Shown piece by piece: positions 37,451-51,396 of a stretch of 64,000 nt of DNA. The DNA comes from Gracilinanus agilis (Eukaryota), in the NCBI RefSeq assembly GCF_016433145.1, contig NC_058133.1, positions 68,605,626-68,669,625 on the forward strand, written 5' to 3'. Made by a program: the position numbers and the translations under genes. The notes under the pieces are model-generated. The model made no database searches and was not told the DNA's origin. It worked only from the letters and a program-made list of their open reading frames with translations. Every line of letters begins with the position of its first letter. The stretch's first letter is position 1.

Positions 37451-37813
37451 NNNNNNNNNNNNNNNNNNNNNNNNNNNNNNNNNNNNNNNNNNNNNNNNNN
37501 NNNNNNNNNNNNNNNNNNNNNNNNNNNNNNNNNNNNNNNNNNNNNNNNNNNNNNNNNNNNNNNNNNNNNNNNNNNNNNNNNNNNNNNNNNNNNNNNNNNN
37601 NNNNNNNNNNNNNNNNNNNNNNNNNNNNNNNNNNNNNNNNNNNNNNNNNNNNNNNNNNNNNNNNNNNNNNNNNNNNNNNNNNNNNNNNNNNNNNNNNNNN
37701 NNNNNNNNNNNNNNNNNNNNNNNNNNNNNNNNNNNNNNNNNNNNNNNNNNNNNNNNNNNNNNNNNNNNNNNNNNNNNNNNNNNNNNNNNNNNNNNNNNNN
37801 NNNNNNNNNNNNN
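37451..37813. other. Assembly gap flanked by (TA)n
   Basis: N run. Confidence 1.
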
Positions 37814-37814
37814 G

Positions 37815-37865
<51 letters not shown>

Positions 37866-38381
37866 TAGTATTGATTCCAAGATGGAAAGTAAGAGTTTAA
37901 AAAAAAAACACAGTATATCCTGTTCCCCAGCTTCTAAGACCTAAAATGACAAATTATTTCCATAGTAAATTACTCATCAGACTGATTTTTCTGTGGACAA
38001 TAATCACAGGCACACAATAAACTATTAGATATAACAACAGCAACAATAATAATAATTCATATTCACATGGCACTTTAAGTTTGGCAATGTCTTTTATGCC
38101 GGCATCTGAAAAGTCTTAGTTCAGTTATATGTAAAGTACATTTTAAAATGTAAAGTCACATAAAAATTTCAACTATTATTTTATTCCCCTTATCAAGTAG
38201 TTGATGTTGTCATACCCATTTTACAGGTAAAGAAGCAGGTTCAATGATTTTCACATAAAGCTCAAATGTACTTGTTCATCATCACAGGCCCAACATCAGA
38301 GCCAAGATTTGGCCCCAGGCATCCAAATCTAGCAGTCCTTTCTCCTTGGTCAATCTCTTTACAGTTTGTATTCTGGGCATC

Positions 38382-38578
38382 TTTTTTTTTTTTTTTTAAA
38401 CCCTTGTACTTCGGTGTATTGTCCCATAGGTGGAAGATTGGTAAGGGTGGGCAATGGGGGTCAAGTGACTTGCCCAGGGTCACACAGCTGGGAAGTGTTT
38501 GAACAAGGCCAGGTTTGAACCTAAGACCTCCTGTCTCTAGGCCTGACTCTCACTCCACTGAGCTACCCAGCTGCCCCC
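38382..38578 (-). mobile_element. Young SINE (tail variant C)
   Basis: TSD TACAGTTTGTATTCTG at 38360-38375 and 38579-38594. Confidence 0.92.
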
Positions 38579-39229
38579 TACAGTTTGTATTCTGACAGAA
38601 ACTCATCAATGACTTGGTCCTTCGGTTCTGTGGTGTTACATGAGGCTCCAAGAAGGACTAATGATGCCAAAAGTTGTCACCATTTTGCCAGATAAAAAGT
38701 CATGGAGCTCTTTGCCTCTTTAGTGTTCAAATCCAACTGAGCCAAAGATAAGGATAGCATGGGAATTATTTACCCTTCCATAAATATTTAGTTTTCTCTT
38801 TCGTAGTTAGAGGCTGGGTGGGAGAGTGGACAAGGAAAGGAGCCAGGAAGACCTCTGTTCACATCTTGGCCCCAAATATATTGACTTTGTAGCCCTTTGT
38901 CCACTAGTAACCCCTCAGGACACTTTGTAGAAGTTGTAGAAAAGGTATTGATCCTCTTACATGATTGTATGTGTAAAATCTATATCAGATTGCTTATCGT
39001 CTCAGGAGTGGGGAGGAGAGTGAGAGAGCGAGGGAAGGGAAAGAATTTGGAACTCAAAAAAAAATACAACCAAATTTTTAAAAATTAAATGTAATTTGTG
39101 AGGGGGTTCTATTTAAAAAAAGAAAAAGAAAAAGTATTGACTTTATCTTTCCTCACACAGAATTTCCCTATATTGAGGAAATCACAGTTCCCACTCCCGT
39201 CCTCTCTCTTTTATGGTTACTGTCCAACT

Positions 39230-39470
39230 TTTGTTGTTCCAGTGTTTTTCAGTTGTGTCCAACTCTTCATGATCCCATTTGGAATTTTCTTGATAAAGAT
39301 ACTAGGGTGATTTACTCTTTCTTTCTCCAGCTTTTTTTTTTACCAATGAGGAAACTGAGACAAAAATGGTTTAGTGACTTGCCTAGGGTCATACAGCTAG
39401 GAAATGTCTGAGGCCAGGAACTCCTGTCTCCAGGATTAGCTCTTTGTCCACTGAGCCATCTACCTGCTCC
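39230..39470 (-). mobile_element. MAR1-type CORE-SINE
   Basis: RTE-like tail followed by the CORE on the reverse strand. Confidence 0.8.
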
Positions 39471-41619
39471 TAAAAACATTTTTTGTTAAGCTTAATTGTT
39501 TTACTATATGCGTATTTGTTTTTATTCACTATTATTCTGTGTTAGTCCTTTTCCCCAAATGTAATGGATTAGTTATATAAATGAATATTTTAATGTCTTA
39601 CATTTAATGTTATTCCTATATTTGATTTTAACATGGCAATTCAAAAAATAACTTAGAGGAGAATTTAGTAATTAGAAGGTATTTTCTCCAGTATGTTAGA
39701 TTCTTATGTTTAAGTGAAGTCCCATCTAGGCATTCTCCAAAATAGTAATCTGATTACTTTAGGGGCTAAATACTATTGAGGGTTGATTTCTCTTGGGTTA
39801 ATGTTACATCAGTAATAATAGCAGTTAAAAGTTGGTAAAATATGTAGTCCAGCATAATCTTTCAGTAATTTTTGCAACATAGGAACTTGTTGCAAAATAT
39901 GAAACCTGATATACTTTCTTCTCGTGGTAAACTCATTTCCAAGTAAAAACAGTTTTGAAAAAAATCTGTAATGAATGCAAGAAAACAAAATATTTCCACC
40001 TAAAGGTGTCACATTTGAAAGATTGTTTCATGATTACAGAAGAGGAGAATCTTAATTTTATTAGGAAGTTAGAAGGCAGAATTTGTAACTGAGGAGGAAG
40101 AAGAAACAAAAACAAACTATCAAATGTTTGGGGTGATGAAGAGGAGGTAGCAGCCCCTTGTACTCTAAAGAATAAGTATGTGGATCCACAGAGCTGTCTC
40201 CAGGAGGAAAAATTGTATAGTCCTGGTCAGAGGAAGAAGAGGAGTAGTAGGGGCAGCTACTATCTTAGAGTGCCATTACACCCACTTCAACCAGTCACCC
40301 TGCTAAAGTGATCTAGTTCATTATATTAGGAATAATTTTGCACTAACCTAGGATAACTGGACTACATATTGACTATTCTTGGCATATTTTTCATGTGGGA
40401 AAATTCTTTTTTTTTAACAAGGATTGACTTCATATTAAAGCTTATATTTAGCTTTCTTATCACACCATGGGCTTTCTTATGTTTTCACTTGCTTTCGAAG
40501 GTCTCTCCTCTATTCCTTATTGCTTGCCTTACCATGTTCCTAGACTTACCCTAACTTGCAATGCTGCAGGTCACCCTACTGAGACTTGCTACCCTCCCTC
40601 GCCTCCTCACTTGTGATTCTTCAGTATCAACCTGCTTCAGAAATTAACTTCTTATTCCTAGACTCAATCTACCTGTCTGGACAAATGCCTCTTGGGATTG
40701 CTTTTTTTTTTTTTTTTTTACCATTCTCAGTTCTTTTTTGCTTGTTTCATCCAAAAGATCACATCCAGTTTGGAAAAGTGATTCCCCATTCACTAGGAAC
40801 ACAATCCACCATACAAAACAGAGATAACTTAGTATGAAAATTGATCCCACAATAGAAGTCTTTTTATATTTGTGAGAGAAAAATATCAAAGCCACAGGTG
40901 CAAAATGAAACCCTATTTAATTTAGAAGATAATCAATGCCTTTGGATTAATTCAGCTCATGGACCCTTTAGCGCTTAAGTGGTAAATTAAGTGTTACACC
41001 AAAAAAGTGAATCACAAACCTCACTTACCTAGGTTCTTCAGTCATTCAAGAATCCCTACCCTCAAAAACAAAACCAACCAAAACAAACATAACTAGATTC
41101 TACCCTTAAAGAACACACAGTTTAAAAAAAAAAAAAAACAAAAAAAAAACAAAAAAAAAAAACCCCATACCTTCTTAGTATCAATTCTAAGACAGAAGAG
41201 TGGCAAAGACCATGCAGTTAGGATTAAGTGACTTGCCCAGGGTCATGTGGCCAGATTTGAATCCATGACTGGCTCACTATGCACTGAGCCACCTAGCTGC
41301 CCCAAGACCATACATTTGTGGAAGATATAATTTGACCCCTAGGCTCTTACCCTATTTGAACGGATCTCAACTTTATTGCTAAATCAGTGATTTTACCCTT
41401 GTGCTAATTCCTAATCAGTACTATCCAGTTTAATGTGATTCTGTAGATAAAGTATTTATTTCTTAACATACATTAATATACATTTAGTCACTTAAGGATG
41501 ATCAACTAATCCTAATACATAATATAATAAGAAGCAATTAGATTAGTTTAAATAGTTAAATAGATTCTTTTTTTTTACATTAATCTTTAAATTTATCAGG
41601 ACATGCACTTGCCTGACCA

Positions 41620-42160
41620 CAAATGTGTCCTAACTAGAGGACTTATGTGTATGTGAGCTGATGAGGAAGTGTCAGCACGGGCAAGACGTCCCGAGCACCC
41701 CAGGGCTGGCCATGAGTCCTGCATGACAGAGATGTCATAAGCCTCTTTGGAAAGTCCTCGGGGTGTTTTAGGAGCCCCTCAGCCTCGTGTCATTTCCCTC
41801 CATTGCCCAACGCTGGGTAGTGTCAGCCTCCCTATCAGCCCTTTCTCATGGGACTCTGGGGCAGTGGCAGGGTGGGGGGACAGTTCAGCCAGCCCATTGC
41901 CCTGGGACTGCAGGCTGGTGGGCCCATTGCTTTGTGACCATGAGCTGGTGGGCTGAGAGAGGAAGGCGAGCATTTACGTTTTGTGCTGCCCCATGCACGG
42001 TGCCGCCCCGGAGGGTTATAAAACTTCTACTCTGGAACATTGTGTTTGGGGGATTTCTGATCATGAGGATGGTCTGAGGTCCCATTCACCAGAGGGGGCC
42101 AAGGCCCTTTAATGAGTGTTTTTTGCATCATAGCTCTGCCTCAGGAGTTTTTTAATTAAA
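41620..42160 (+). promoter_or_regulatory. GC/CpG-rich element with ETS, GC-box and TATA motifs (enhancer/promoter or old LTR)
   Basis: About 10 CpGs. GAGGAAGT at 41663, CCGCCC at 42003, TATAAAA at 42017. Confidence 0.4.
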
Positions 42161-42229
42161 GATTGGGCAAGGTTTGCCATTTCACATTCTAATAATGGAG
42201 GCAACTTGTAAGTAACTAGATCAGTGAAA

Positions 42230-43700
42230 ATATATACAAGTAAATGGAAGGAGGCATTTGCTGGTGGCCTTCAGGAAAGGCCTCCTTTGAGCCAAGCCTT
42301 GGCAAAAGCCATGGAAACCATAAGATGCTAGTGATGGGATGGGGAAAGCATTCCAGGAATGAGGGATAGCCACTGGCAGGATACAAAGACTTACGGGAAA
42401 GAGAGCACCCTGTTCCAGGGACTGCAAATGGGCCACCGTGGCATATGGGATGTGTGGAATGAGTGAGACTTGGGGGTCCAGGATGACACCAAGGTGTGGG
42501 GTCTGAGTGATTGGGGGCAGGTGATGGTGGTGTCCTCTGTAGTAATAGAGAAGTTGAAAAGAGTTGACTGTTTTCAGGAGAAAGTGAATGATTTCAGATT
42601 TGGACATTTTTTGCATTTGAGATACCTACAGATACCTACAGTTAAAATCTTCATCCAGTTAAAAATGTTCAAAATGCAGTTGACGATATAGGGACTAACT
42701 CAGGAGAAAGATTAGGGCTAGATATATACTTATTTGGGAATCATTTGGATATAGATAATAATCGAACCCGTTAGAGCTGTGAGGTCACTAATTTGAGATA
42801 GCATGAAGGATAAAGAAAATGGAAGAAGAACAGCTGTGAGTGGTGACAAAATCAATTTTTGTGTGTAGCTATGATAGGAGATCAGAGTAGTGGATGGGAA
42901 TTGAGTCAATTCGGGCAGTAGAAGTTAGTGTTTTGAGAGGGTATCCGTATATATTAAAGTATGAAGATAGGAATGGAGGAAGAAAGATGGTGAGTCAAGC
43001 ACTGAATTCATCAAGGAAGGAAGGAAAGAGAGGATCTTAGGGATTGGTAGAGAACATTGCCAGGATCTCTTTTGGATGATTCATGAGGTGAATCTCTATG
43101 GAAGAGAGTCTGCTGAGTAATGCTAATACAGGAAGGATCTGGAAGTGGCATGTGGGAAGCAGAGTGTATTCCCACTCCCCCAACCTCAACCAGTGATTTC
43201 ATAGCTATATATAGTAATACAGCAACACTAGAAATGGTGGATAGAATGTGAAAAGTGTGATCAGGAGTGATCCAAGCCTTAATGAATGGCAGAAGGTGGA
43301 AAAAGTGAGAAAGTAAAATGTTTTAAGTTGAAAACAAGTTTATTACCTATTGAGTAGCCATCAGAGAACTCAGGGGAAGGAATTGGTAGATTTGGAATGG
43401 GACATTTGGACATAGGACTTCAGAGAAATAGAAATGAAGGTGCAGGAAGTTGGGGATGTGGAACAAGGTTTGTATTTCCATGATCCAGGGTTCAATATTA
43501 TTGGGATGGGGAAAGGATAAGGACCTGGGAGTATGCTAATCATTGAGGAATGAGTCTAAATAGAGTGTCAGTGTCTGGAGAGAAATGCATAGGGAGATCC
43601 AAGAAATTAAACAGTTCAGGTCTCTTTCTGGAGGTCCAGCTTGATAAGAAGCTGTGTTCAATGAGAAATAGGAGGCCCAACTCCTAACAGGCAGGATCAA
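42230..43700 (-). mobile_element. L2 fragments
   Basis: Reverse-complement L2 ORF2-end motifs (gtgatggtggtgtcctctgtagtaatag...ttcagatttggacat). Confidence 0.7.
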
Positions 43701-43829
43701 CCAAAGTTAGGGCCAAGGGAAGTCAATATAGGAGGCAGGAGCTGAATGTTGAAAGTGAGTCAAATTTGGGAAAAGCCTCCAGAAAACTAAAGAACTCTCT
43801 GGAGCAAAGAGACAAGAAGTAGATGATCT

Positions 43830-44580
43830 AGAATTAATCCAGTCTGACATAGGATTCCCTGGGCAAAGACAGAACCTGGGAAGTGATTGGCTTACATCAG
43901 TATCAATGCAGAAAACATAAGAAAGGCAAGAATAGCCAGGAGCAGGTTGTTTTTGATAAACTTGCCCCCCAAAAATCTGACTACCTAGCAAAGAATTGGA
44001 AATTAAAGGGATGTCATCAAATGAGGAATGACTGAACAAGTTGTGATATATCATAGTGATGGAATACTATCATGTTGTAAGAAATGATAAGCAGAATGAT
44101 TTCAGAAAAGTCTGGAAAGACTTGCGTGAACTGATGCAAAATGAAATGAGCAGAACCGAAAGAACCTTATACATTGTGACAGCAGTACTTGAAGAACCGC
44201 TGTGAATGGCCTAGTTTTTCTCAGCAATATGGTGATCCAAAACAACCCCAGAGACCCATGATGAAAGATGCCATCTGCCCTCTGAGAAAGAACTGATGGA
44301 ATCTGAATGTAAATTAAAACATACTACATTTCATTTCTTCTTCTTTTTTTTTTAAATTTGAGAGCTCTTTCACAAAATGACTAACATGGAAAAATGTTTT
44401 TCATGATTGCACATGTAAAAGATGTAAAAGATTATCAGACAAATAATACTGTCTCAGGGAGGAAGGAAGGTGTGGAGGTAGAGAAGATCAGAAGAAGGGA
44501 GAGAATTTGAAACTCAAAACTTAAAAAATATTAAATTATTTTTGCATTTAATAGGGGAAAAATAAAATACTATTTTTAAA
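43830..44580 (+). mobile_element. Old L1 3' fragment
   Basis: ggaatactatcatgttgtaagaaatgataagc...gaactgatgcaaaatgaaatgagcagaacc. Confidence 0.8.
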
Positions 44581-46589
44581 AAGTCTGACCACCAATTCAA
44601 TAACTAGATCATTTTTGTCCAGGGTCCTACAGCTAATAAGTGTGGTTATATTTGAACCTAGGACTTCCTTATTCCAAGTTCAATGGCCAATTCATTAGAC
44701 AACTTTGCTCCTGAGGAGCATGATCAGTCATTTGAACAGTAGATTATTATAATGTCATTTACAATAAATTAAATAAACATAGTAGAGTACAAAGTCAAGG
44801 TTGCTTTTGGTGGTAGTGATGGTGGTGGGGTTTTTTTCCTGATATTGATATATGATCAAAAGAGTTTGAAGACTACTAGGCAAGATGATTGATGAGGTCC
44901 CTTCTAATTCTAAGATTCTGATGGTGCTTTTATTCCATCACTCCTCTATCCAGTTCTCTAATAAAGTTCTTCTCTCAAGATTCACCAGTGACCACATCCA
45001 ATGTTTTTCTCTAGGTCCTTTTGGTCCTTGACTTCCTCCTCCTCCAAATTTGTTCCTTCCATATTTTCCATCAGTTGTCATCCTTCTGATTCCTGCAATC
45101 TATACAAGCTGATGGGGCCTTCTTTGTCTTTTACTCAACTTTCTTCCTTCCTCCTAAATGTAGTAATTGTTTTCTGCTTTGAAGAAATATATGGTCTAAT
45201 AATGCCCAGGGTGATGTCAGCCTCAGTAGTATCTTGCCCATGAAGAATAGAGAGAATTTGGGGCTTTCCAATCTCTCCTGAAAATGACTTCGTTAAGCAA
45301 ACTATAAGATAACCCCTTATGAGGTGAACTGGTTGTCCTCAGAGAGAAAAAAGGCTCAGAGATTGTTAGTTTATGTTCTGATTTTAAGGAGTTTTGTCCC
45401 ATATTTCCTAAACCATCAGAGTAATTAAATTCCAAAGGGTTATTAAAGAGAAATTTCCATCCCTGGGAAACTTAAGAATAGATGAGGCATCCATCTATCT
45501 TTAGTTTATAGATTAATTTGCTCAGAGGTAAGATGATTAATTTTGAGACTTGGAAGTTCCATCACTATGATTATATCATTGTATGATCATCCTTCTATTG
45601 TTAAAAATTTTTTTTTGTTCCTTAGTAGTCTCTATTTTCCAAAGTGAAAATGGCGATGATAAAAATGAGGTGAATGCTATATCTGACTTCCTTGTTGATA
45701 TTATATGGATTAGTATGGGAATGACTTAAGAAGCGAGAATACTATTTTAAATAATTCCATTTAAAGATACCAATTAAAGCATCCTTCTAAATTCCCAAAT
45801 TATTGGCATTCCTTTTGGGGGCTACTTGTGGCCGGGGTGTTTGATAATGCTTGCATATAAAATCACCCTAGAAGTCCAACTTGCCATACTTTTTCAAACA
45901 TTTAAACCAAGTCAAAAAACTAGTATTAGTGTCATGGCCAAACAAAAGAATATTTAAGTTGTTTTTGCATTGTTTTCAGTAAACCTTAGTGGAAACCATC
46001 TGATTGAGCTGAACATTCTCTGCATGGCAGCCACTTGTCTGTCAGATGTCATGGTTACTGATGAAAGATTGGAGACTGATCTGAGAATGTTTGTTACAGT
46101 GTGGTTTAAAGGTCATCAGGCTAGTAACTGCACCCTACCCCACCCTACAACCCCAAAGAGGAAATTGGATCTTTTAAGAGGAAAAAGGAACAAATCATCC
46201 AAGGGCCAGTCTGCCTTGTATTTCTGAGTTTGAACTTTCCTTTGTTGTAGGCACTTGTGGTAACTTTAAGTTCTATGAAATTCCTAACAATTTTGGCTCT
46301 TTCATCCAAGTGACACAAAAAGTCATCATCTCGACCTCTAGTCCATCTTCCTCCATATCTTCTGTCCAAACCTCTGCATATAAACCTTCAGACAGTGAGC
46401 CTGACATTTTGCAAAGAGAACAAGATTTGGAGTTGGGGACAGAGCTAGAATTGAATCTTGTGTTCTGATTTCTGGTAGTGTGACCTTGAGCACAGGGCCC
46501 CTCTGGACCTCAGTTTTCCTATTAATAAAACAAGACGAGTTGGACTGGGTCATGGATAATGTCCTTTATACCTCTAAATCCCACTGTTT

Positions 46590-48100
46590 ATATCTGACCG
46601 TGACATTCCCTTTCTCAAAAACCTGTAATGGCTCCCTGTTGCCTATAAAACAATGTAAAAAGCCTTTAACCTATCATTTAAGAACTTTCATAGTCTGGTT
46701 CCAATGTACCTTTCCAGCTGCTTTATACATTACTCCCTTTCACACATTTATCCTCTGCTGGAGAGAATTATAGACTGTTCTGAGATTATATCTTTTGTTC
46801 TCCCACTACTATGCATTTGCCTAGGACAACTCACATGCATGAGTGGTGAACTTGCAAATAGTTGCCTTTTGAAATGCTGTTCTTTTAAGCTTAGCTCTGG
46901 TACTTCCCCAAAAAGTGTTTTACTTTTCAATTTTACCTGGAGGACTTGGTTCCTCCTACACTCTACTCTATATTAGACTTATTTCTGTACCTGTTTTTCC
47001 CCTCCCACATTAATTTATGCCCTCCTACAGGGCAGGCATGGTCATTTTTTCATCTTAATAAGTAGATGAATAATAAATGTTTGTTGAATTTAATTGAATA
47101 AGAACAGTTTTCAAATTTTGTCTAATTGTCCAGTTAGGACATTTTATCATTAGGATGATAAGATCAAGGTTTAGAATGAGGAGGGATCTTCAGTGGTCCA
47201 ACCCCCTCATTTTATGAATCAGGAAACCAAGGCCAAGAGAAATTATCGTCTTGCTCAAGGTCACACAATGGCATAGGGGAGATTTGAACCCAAGTCCTCT
47301 AATTCCAAATTCTGTGTTCATTTTATTTGTACCATTCTTCCTCTCACATTAATCTTGATCTAATTAATCTTCTTTTTCTGAAAATAACTTTACACTCTGC
47401 CCTTTACCATTTCTATCCTAGCAAGTATAATTACAAGGCCTTTTATGGTTTATAATATTATTCAAAATGAAATCTGATATGAATTATTCATCTTCACCTT
47501 CCTCTGTGTCTGTCATGGAGTGCCAGGCATAGAATATCTCATCTACTGGAAGAGCTCACTGTATTGTAAAATGTCTCAATCATCAATCATTTATTAAATG
47601 TCTGCAATGAGCTCAGCCCTGTGTTGCATTCTGGGGACTCAGAGAGAACTGAAATAGTTCCTGCCCTCAAGGTGCTTGCACCCTAATCGAGGGAGACAAC
47701 CCATACTTACATAAATGTGTGTGAACTATACACAACGTAAAGACAAAGTAATTTGGGGAGGGAGAGAACTAGGGTCAGGAGAAGCTTCATGAAGAAATTG
47801 ATGCTTGAACTGAGTCTTGAAGAAATAGGGGGTTTCAAGAAAATGGATGTGGTAAGGGCATTAAGGGTATCTCAGATAACAGAAAGATGCAGAGATGTGA
47901 AGATGAGAGTGTTCTTGTTATATGTGAGGACCAGCAAGAACCCCCATTTGGCTTAAATGGAAAATGCAGGAAGGGGAATATATACTAATATACTTGGAAG
48001 GGTAGGTGGGGGCCAGGTTATGTTAAATTCCAAGCATAGGCATTTATATTTTATTCTAAAGGGAACAGGGAATCATTGGACTTTAATCAGTTGGGAAACA
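46590..48100. mobile_element. L2 3' (+), MIR (-) and L2 3' (-) cluster
   Basis: Characteristic L2 tails and a MIR CORE. Confidence 0.65.
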
Positions 48101-48681
48101 ACATGGTATTTGAGTTAGGAGAACTATTCATGAGGAGAGTAAAACTTTATCCCTTCCTTAATAAATAGGAATTAAATTAAGGAATATCTTACAAGGATTA
48201 GTCTTAGTGCCTTTTATTTCTTTTAGATATGTCTGGCATTTGATTGGGGAGGATGGGAAGTGGATTCTGAGAAATGCATTCTCTTTCAGTATTAGGGGAT
48301 AAAGAAGTGGACAGGAAAGTAAAAGGGGGGAAATCTAGTATTTCATTCTTATTTTAAAAAAAAACAGCAATGAGCTAACAATGACAGTACTTTATGTAAC
48401 AGCATTATTGGCAATTAGGCAGCATAATGGCCTGGAGTCATCTTCTTGAGTTCAAATGGGACCTCAGACACTTATTAGCTATGTGACATTGGGTAAATCA
48501 TTTAATGCTGTGTGACCATGGCCAAGTCATTTAATCCTGTTTGCCTCAGAAAGTAGATCCAAACATCCGGTTCTGTTGGTAATTTAATCAGGCTAGTGGT
48601 ACCCTGTGATCCAGGTCCAGCTCTAGCATTCACTAGGCAACTCTTCCACATCCAACCCTACTTGCACCAACACTGTGTCAA

Positions 48682-48926
48682 CAGGCTGGGGGTGATGGCT
48701 AGAGAGAGTGGATATATCACTGGTTAGCTCCTCTATGCCTCTGTTCCTGCCCCTCCATGGTTCATTTGCTCCCTCCTCACCCCTCATAGAGCTCAGGCTG
48801 GTAGTGATGACTAGAGAGGATGGATATATCACAGGTTAGCTCCTCTGTACCTCTCTTCCTGCACCGCCATGGTCCATCTGCTCCCTCCTCATCCCTCTAC
48901 TATAGAGTCATAGAGCTAAGGCTGGG
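48682..48926. repeat. Imperfect tandem duplication, period about 112 bp
   Basis: Units start at 48682 and 48794, with a partial third at 48918. Confidence 0.9.
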
Positions 48927-50039
48927 AGAAGCAGCAGAAGCCTTCTTGTCCACCCCTCTCATTTTACTGATGAGGAAACTGAGGCCCAGGGAAGTTAAGT
49001 GCCCGAAGCCACACAAGTAGTAATATGCAGAGGCAAGGCCAATTCCTTCTTAAAATGTCTCTGTAGTCCCAAATCCATTTATGCTGCTAACCGCATAAAT
49101 TTGTCTTCTGCCTTCTGAATCAACATAGCTGATTTTAATTTTGAAGTATTAGTGGTGAGTGTTTTCTAAGTATTTATTTTTCTTTAGATTGTTTTACCTT
49201 TACCTTTCCCTTCTTCACCCCTCACTCCTCAACCAAACTGAAAATCATTTAAAAAGAGAACTAGTATTAGACTTCTGTCAGTCATTTCCATGATTAAATC
49301 TATTGTACCTCAGCATGAGCATTTTAATAGACCCCTACTCTATTTGATCCCCCAAATGGTTTTATAAAGTGATTTGTGTCTAGTTGTACTTGCTGATGAT
49401 TTAATATACCAAATGGTGGCAATAGTGAAGAAGATTGATCTTCTACAGGCCAAATCCTTACAGCAATAAATTCCACTGGGTAACCACACTTTTTCAATAG
49501 TGGAATTTCATGGTAATAAGAATACAACTAAAAAGCATTTTTAGGCTCCAAAGGCCAAATTTGTAAGTGAACAGTAATGTTCTGAATACCAGAAAAGAGG
49601 GAAATGCACTCCCTAAAGCAAATAGTTATTTGTTTTGCTTTTCAAAAAAATGTAATGTAATGGATATACCTTTTTCCCAAAAGTTTTGTATTTGTATATT
49701 GTTTTTGCATCCTTGTGTGTTGGTGGTTGTTTTCAGTCAATGAGCATTTATTAAGCTGTTTTTTTGTGCCAGGCACAAAGGGATTACTTTGAGAAAATAA
49801 ATGTATTTTTCAGTAATGAAAGTGAGTTAAGAGGCCCAAGTTTGTGAGGGAACTTCAAGGACATTTTCTATGTGTTTAATATGTCGTTCTCTCCCTCTTA
49901 GTTCCTCTTATTTCCTCCTAGTACCTAGTAAAAGATTCTGTACAGGTCTAAGCTTTGACTCTTTTGCCTTCTAACTGTTTAACATATATTTATACCCAAA
50001 CTCTAGCTGAAATCCAGGGATGGGGAAGGGGAAAATCTG

Positions 50040-50410
50040 TTCTAAAAGGCAGAGCTGTGAAACATTATCAAAGCTTTTTTTGACAAAGTCTCTCATGCTA
50101 TTTTTGTTGAAAAGATAGCAATGTCAGCTAGACAGTACACTTGGGTAGTTTCACAACTGGCTGAATGGGTGATATTTTTAAAGCAATCATTAATTGCTGG
50201 ATGTGAGGTTAAAGGACTTTGTGGTTCTGGACAGGGGCCCTGTTCTGTTTGATATTGTTATTAGTGACTTATTTAAATTTAGATGCCATTTCTAGTAACT
50301 TACAAATGGTACAAAGCTAGAAGCAGTAACCAACTGAATGGCAAACATAGGTTTCAAAAAGATCTTGATGGGCTAGAAAAACGGGCCTAATCCAATAAGG
50401 TCTCAAGCAT
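50040..50410 (+). mobile_element. L3/CR1 RT fragment
   Basis: gcttttttgacaaagtctctcatg...ctggctgaatgg...ggccctgttctgtttgatattgttattagtgact. Confidence 0.7.
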
Positions 50411-50530
50411 TGTCTGCTTTTGAGTGTTTTTTTAAAAAAGTGTTTTGAAAGCACTTTGGATTTTTTTTCTTCATCATGAGGTAAGGTATGTGATTTTCTT
50501 TATCGTTATTTTTGTTTGTTGGTTTGGTTT

Positions 50531-51396
50531 TGTAAAAATGAAAGAAATGGGTTTTTGGTTTTGTTTTACATATTTAAATGAGTGGTCACCATAGAATTGA
50601 ATAAATATTAGTTCTAACATGAATTTAGTAACCTTGCCTCAGATACTTCTTAGCTGTGTGACCCCGGGCAAGTCATTTAACCCCCTTCGCCTAGCCCTTA
50701 CTGCTCTTCTACCTTCGAGCTAATACACATTATTGACTCCAAGATGGAAAGTAAGGGTTTTAAAAAAAATTTTTTTAATGAATTTAGTAATTTATTTATA
50801 AAATATAAGAGAGAGTGAAAGTAGAGAGATGAGAAGAGGGTAGAGTAAAAGATCTAGCTTAACAAACTAGATTATGTATTAAAGTCTTGGTTTTACTCCA
50901 GCATGGCTCCAGAGGCCCAGCTGGAGAGTCTAAAAGTCAATTAATAAGGGGTTTAGCCATGAGGGCTTCTCCCAATTAAGGTAGCTTCCAGGAGGCTAGT
51001 ACCTCCAGGGAAGCTAAGGTAGTCAGCCTTTTTCACTCACCATGTGAAGTTCTAAGGGAGAGATTTAAGAACAGTCTCACCAAAGTCTCAGGTCTCAGGT
51101 CCAGCAAGTAGCATCTCCAACTCAACCTCCAGCTCTAGGAAACGAACAAGAACTGACTTACAGGAAGTTGTCACTCCCTTTTAACAGTGCTTCTTTTTTG
51201 TTACTTCCTGTGCCTTCCTCTTAGTTTACGTGTCCAATCACAACAGACACTTTGCTTAGGACTGCCCAGGGGGTAGTCAGTCAATTCTTTACACACTTGG
51301 GTTACAGTCTTCCCAACTTGTGAATTAAGTGGTGATGTTTTCACCTTTGGTGATTAATTTTAAGATGGGCAGGGTAGGTTTAATCTTATTATCACA
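50531..51396 (-). mobile_element. Solo ERV LTR containing a SINE
   Basis: TGT...ACA termini, 4-bp TSD GTTT (50527-30 and 51397-400). Minus-strand TATA-like TTAAAAGGG at about 51176-84 and AATAAA at 50791-96. Confidence 0.8.
50632..50777 (+). mobile_element. 5'-truncated SINE1-type SINE inside the LTR
   Basis: TSD ATGAATTTAGTAA at 50619-50631 and 50778-50790. Confidence 0.9.

Noticed and set aside
37371-37900. ORFs of 149-166 aa
   Set aside because: They span an N gap and (TA)n, so they are artefacts.
49395-49590. TGATGA as a snoRNA C box
   Set aside because: No D box (CTGA) at a suitable distance and no terminal stem.
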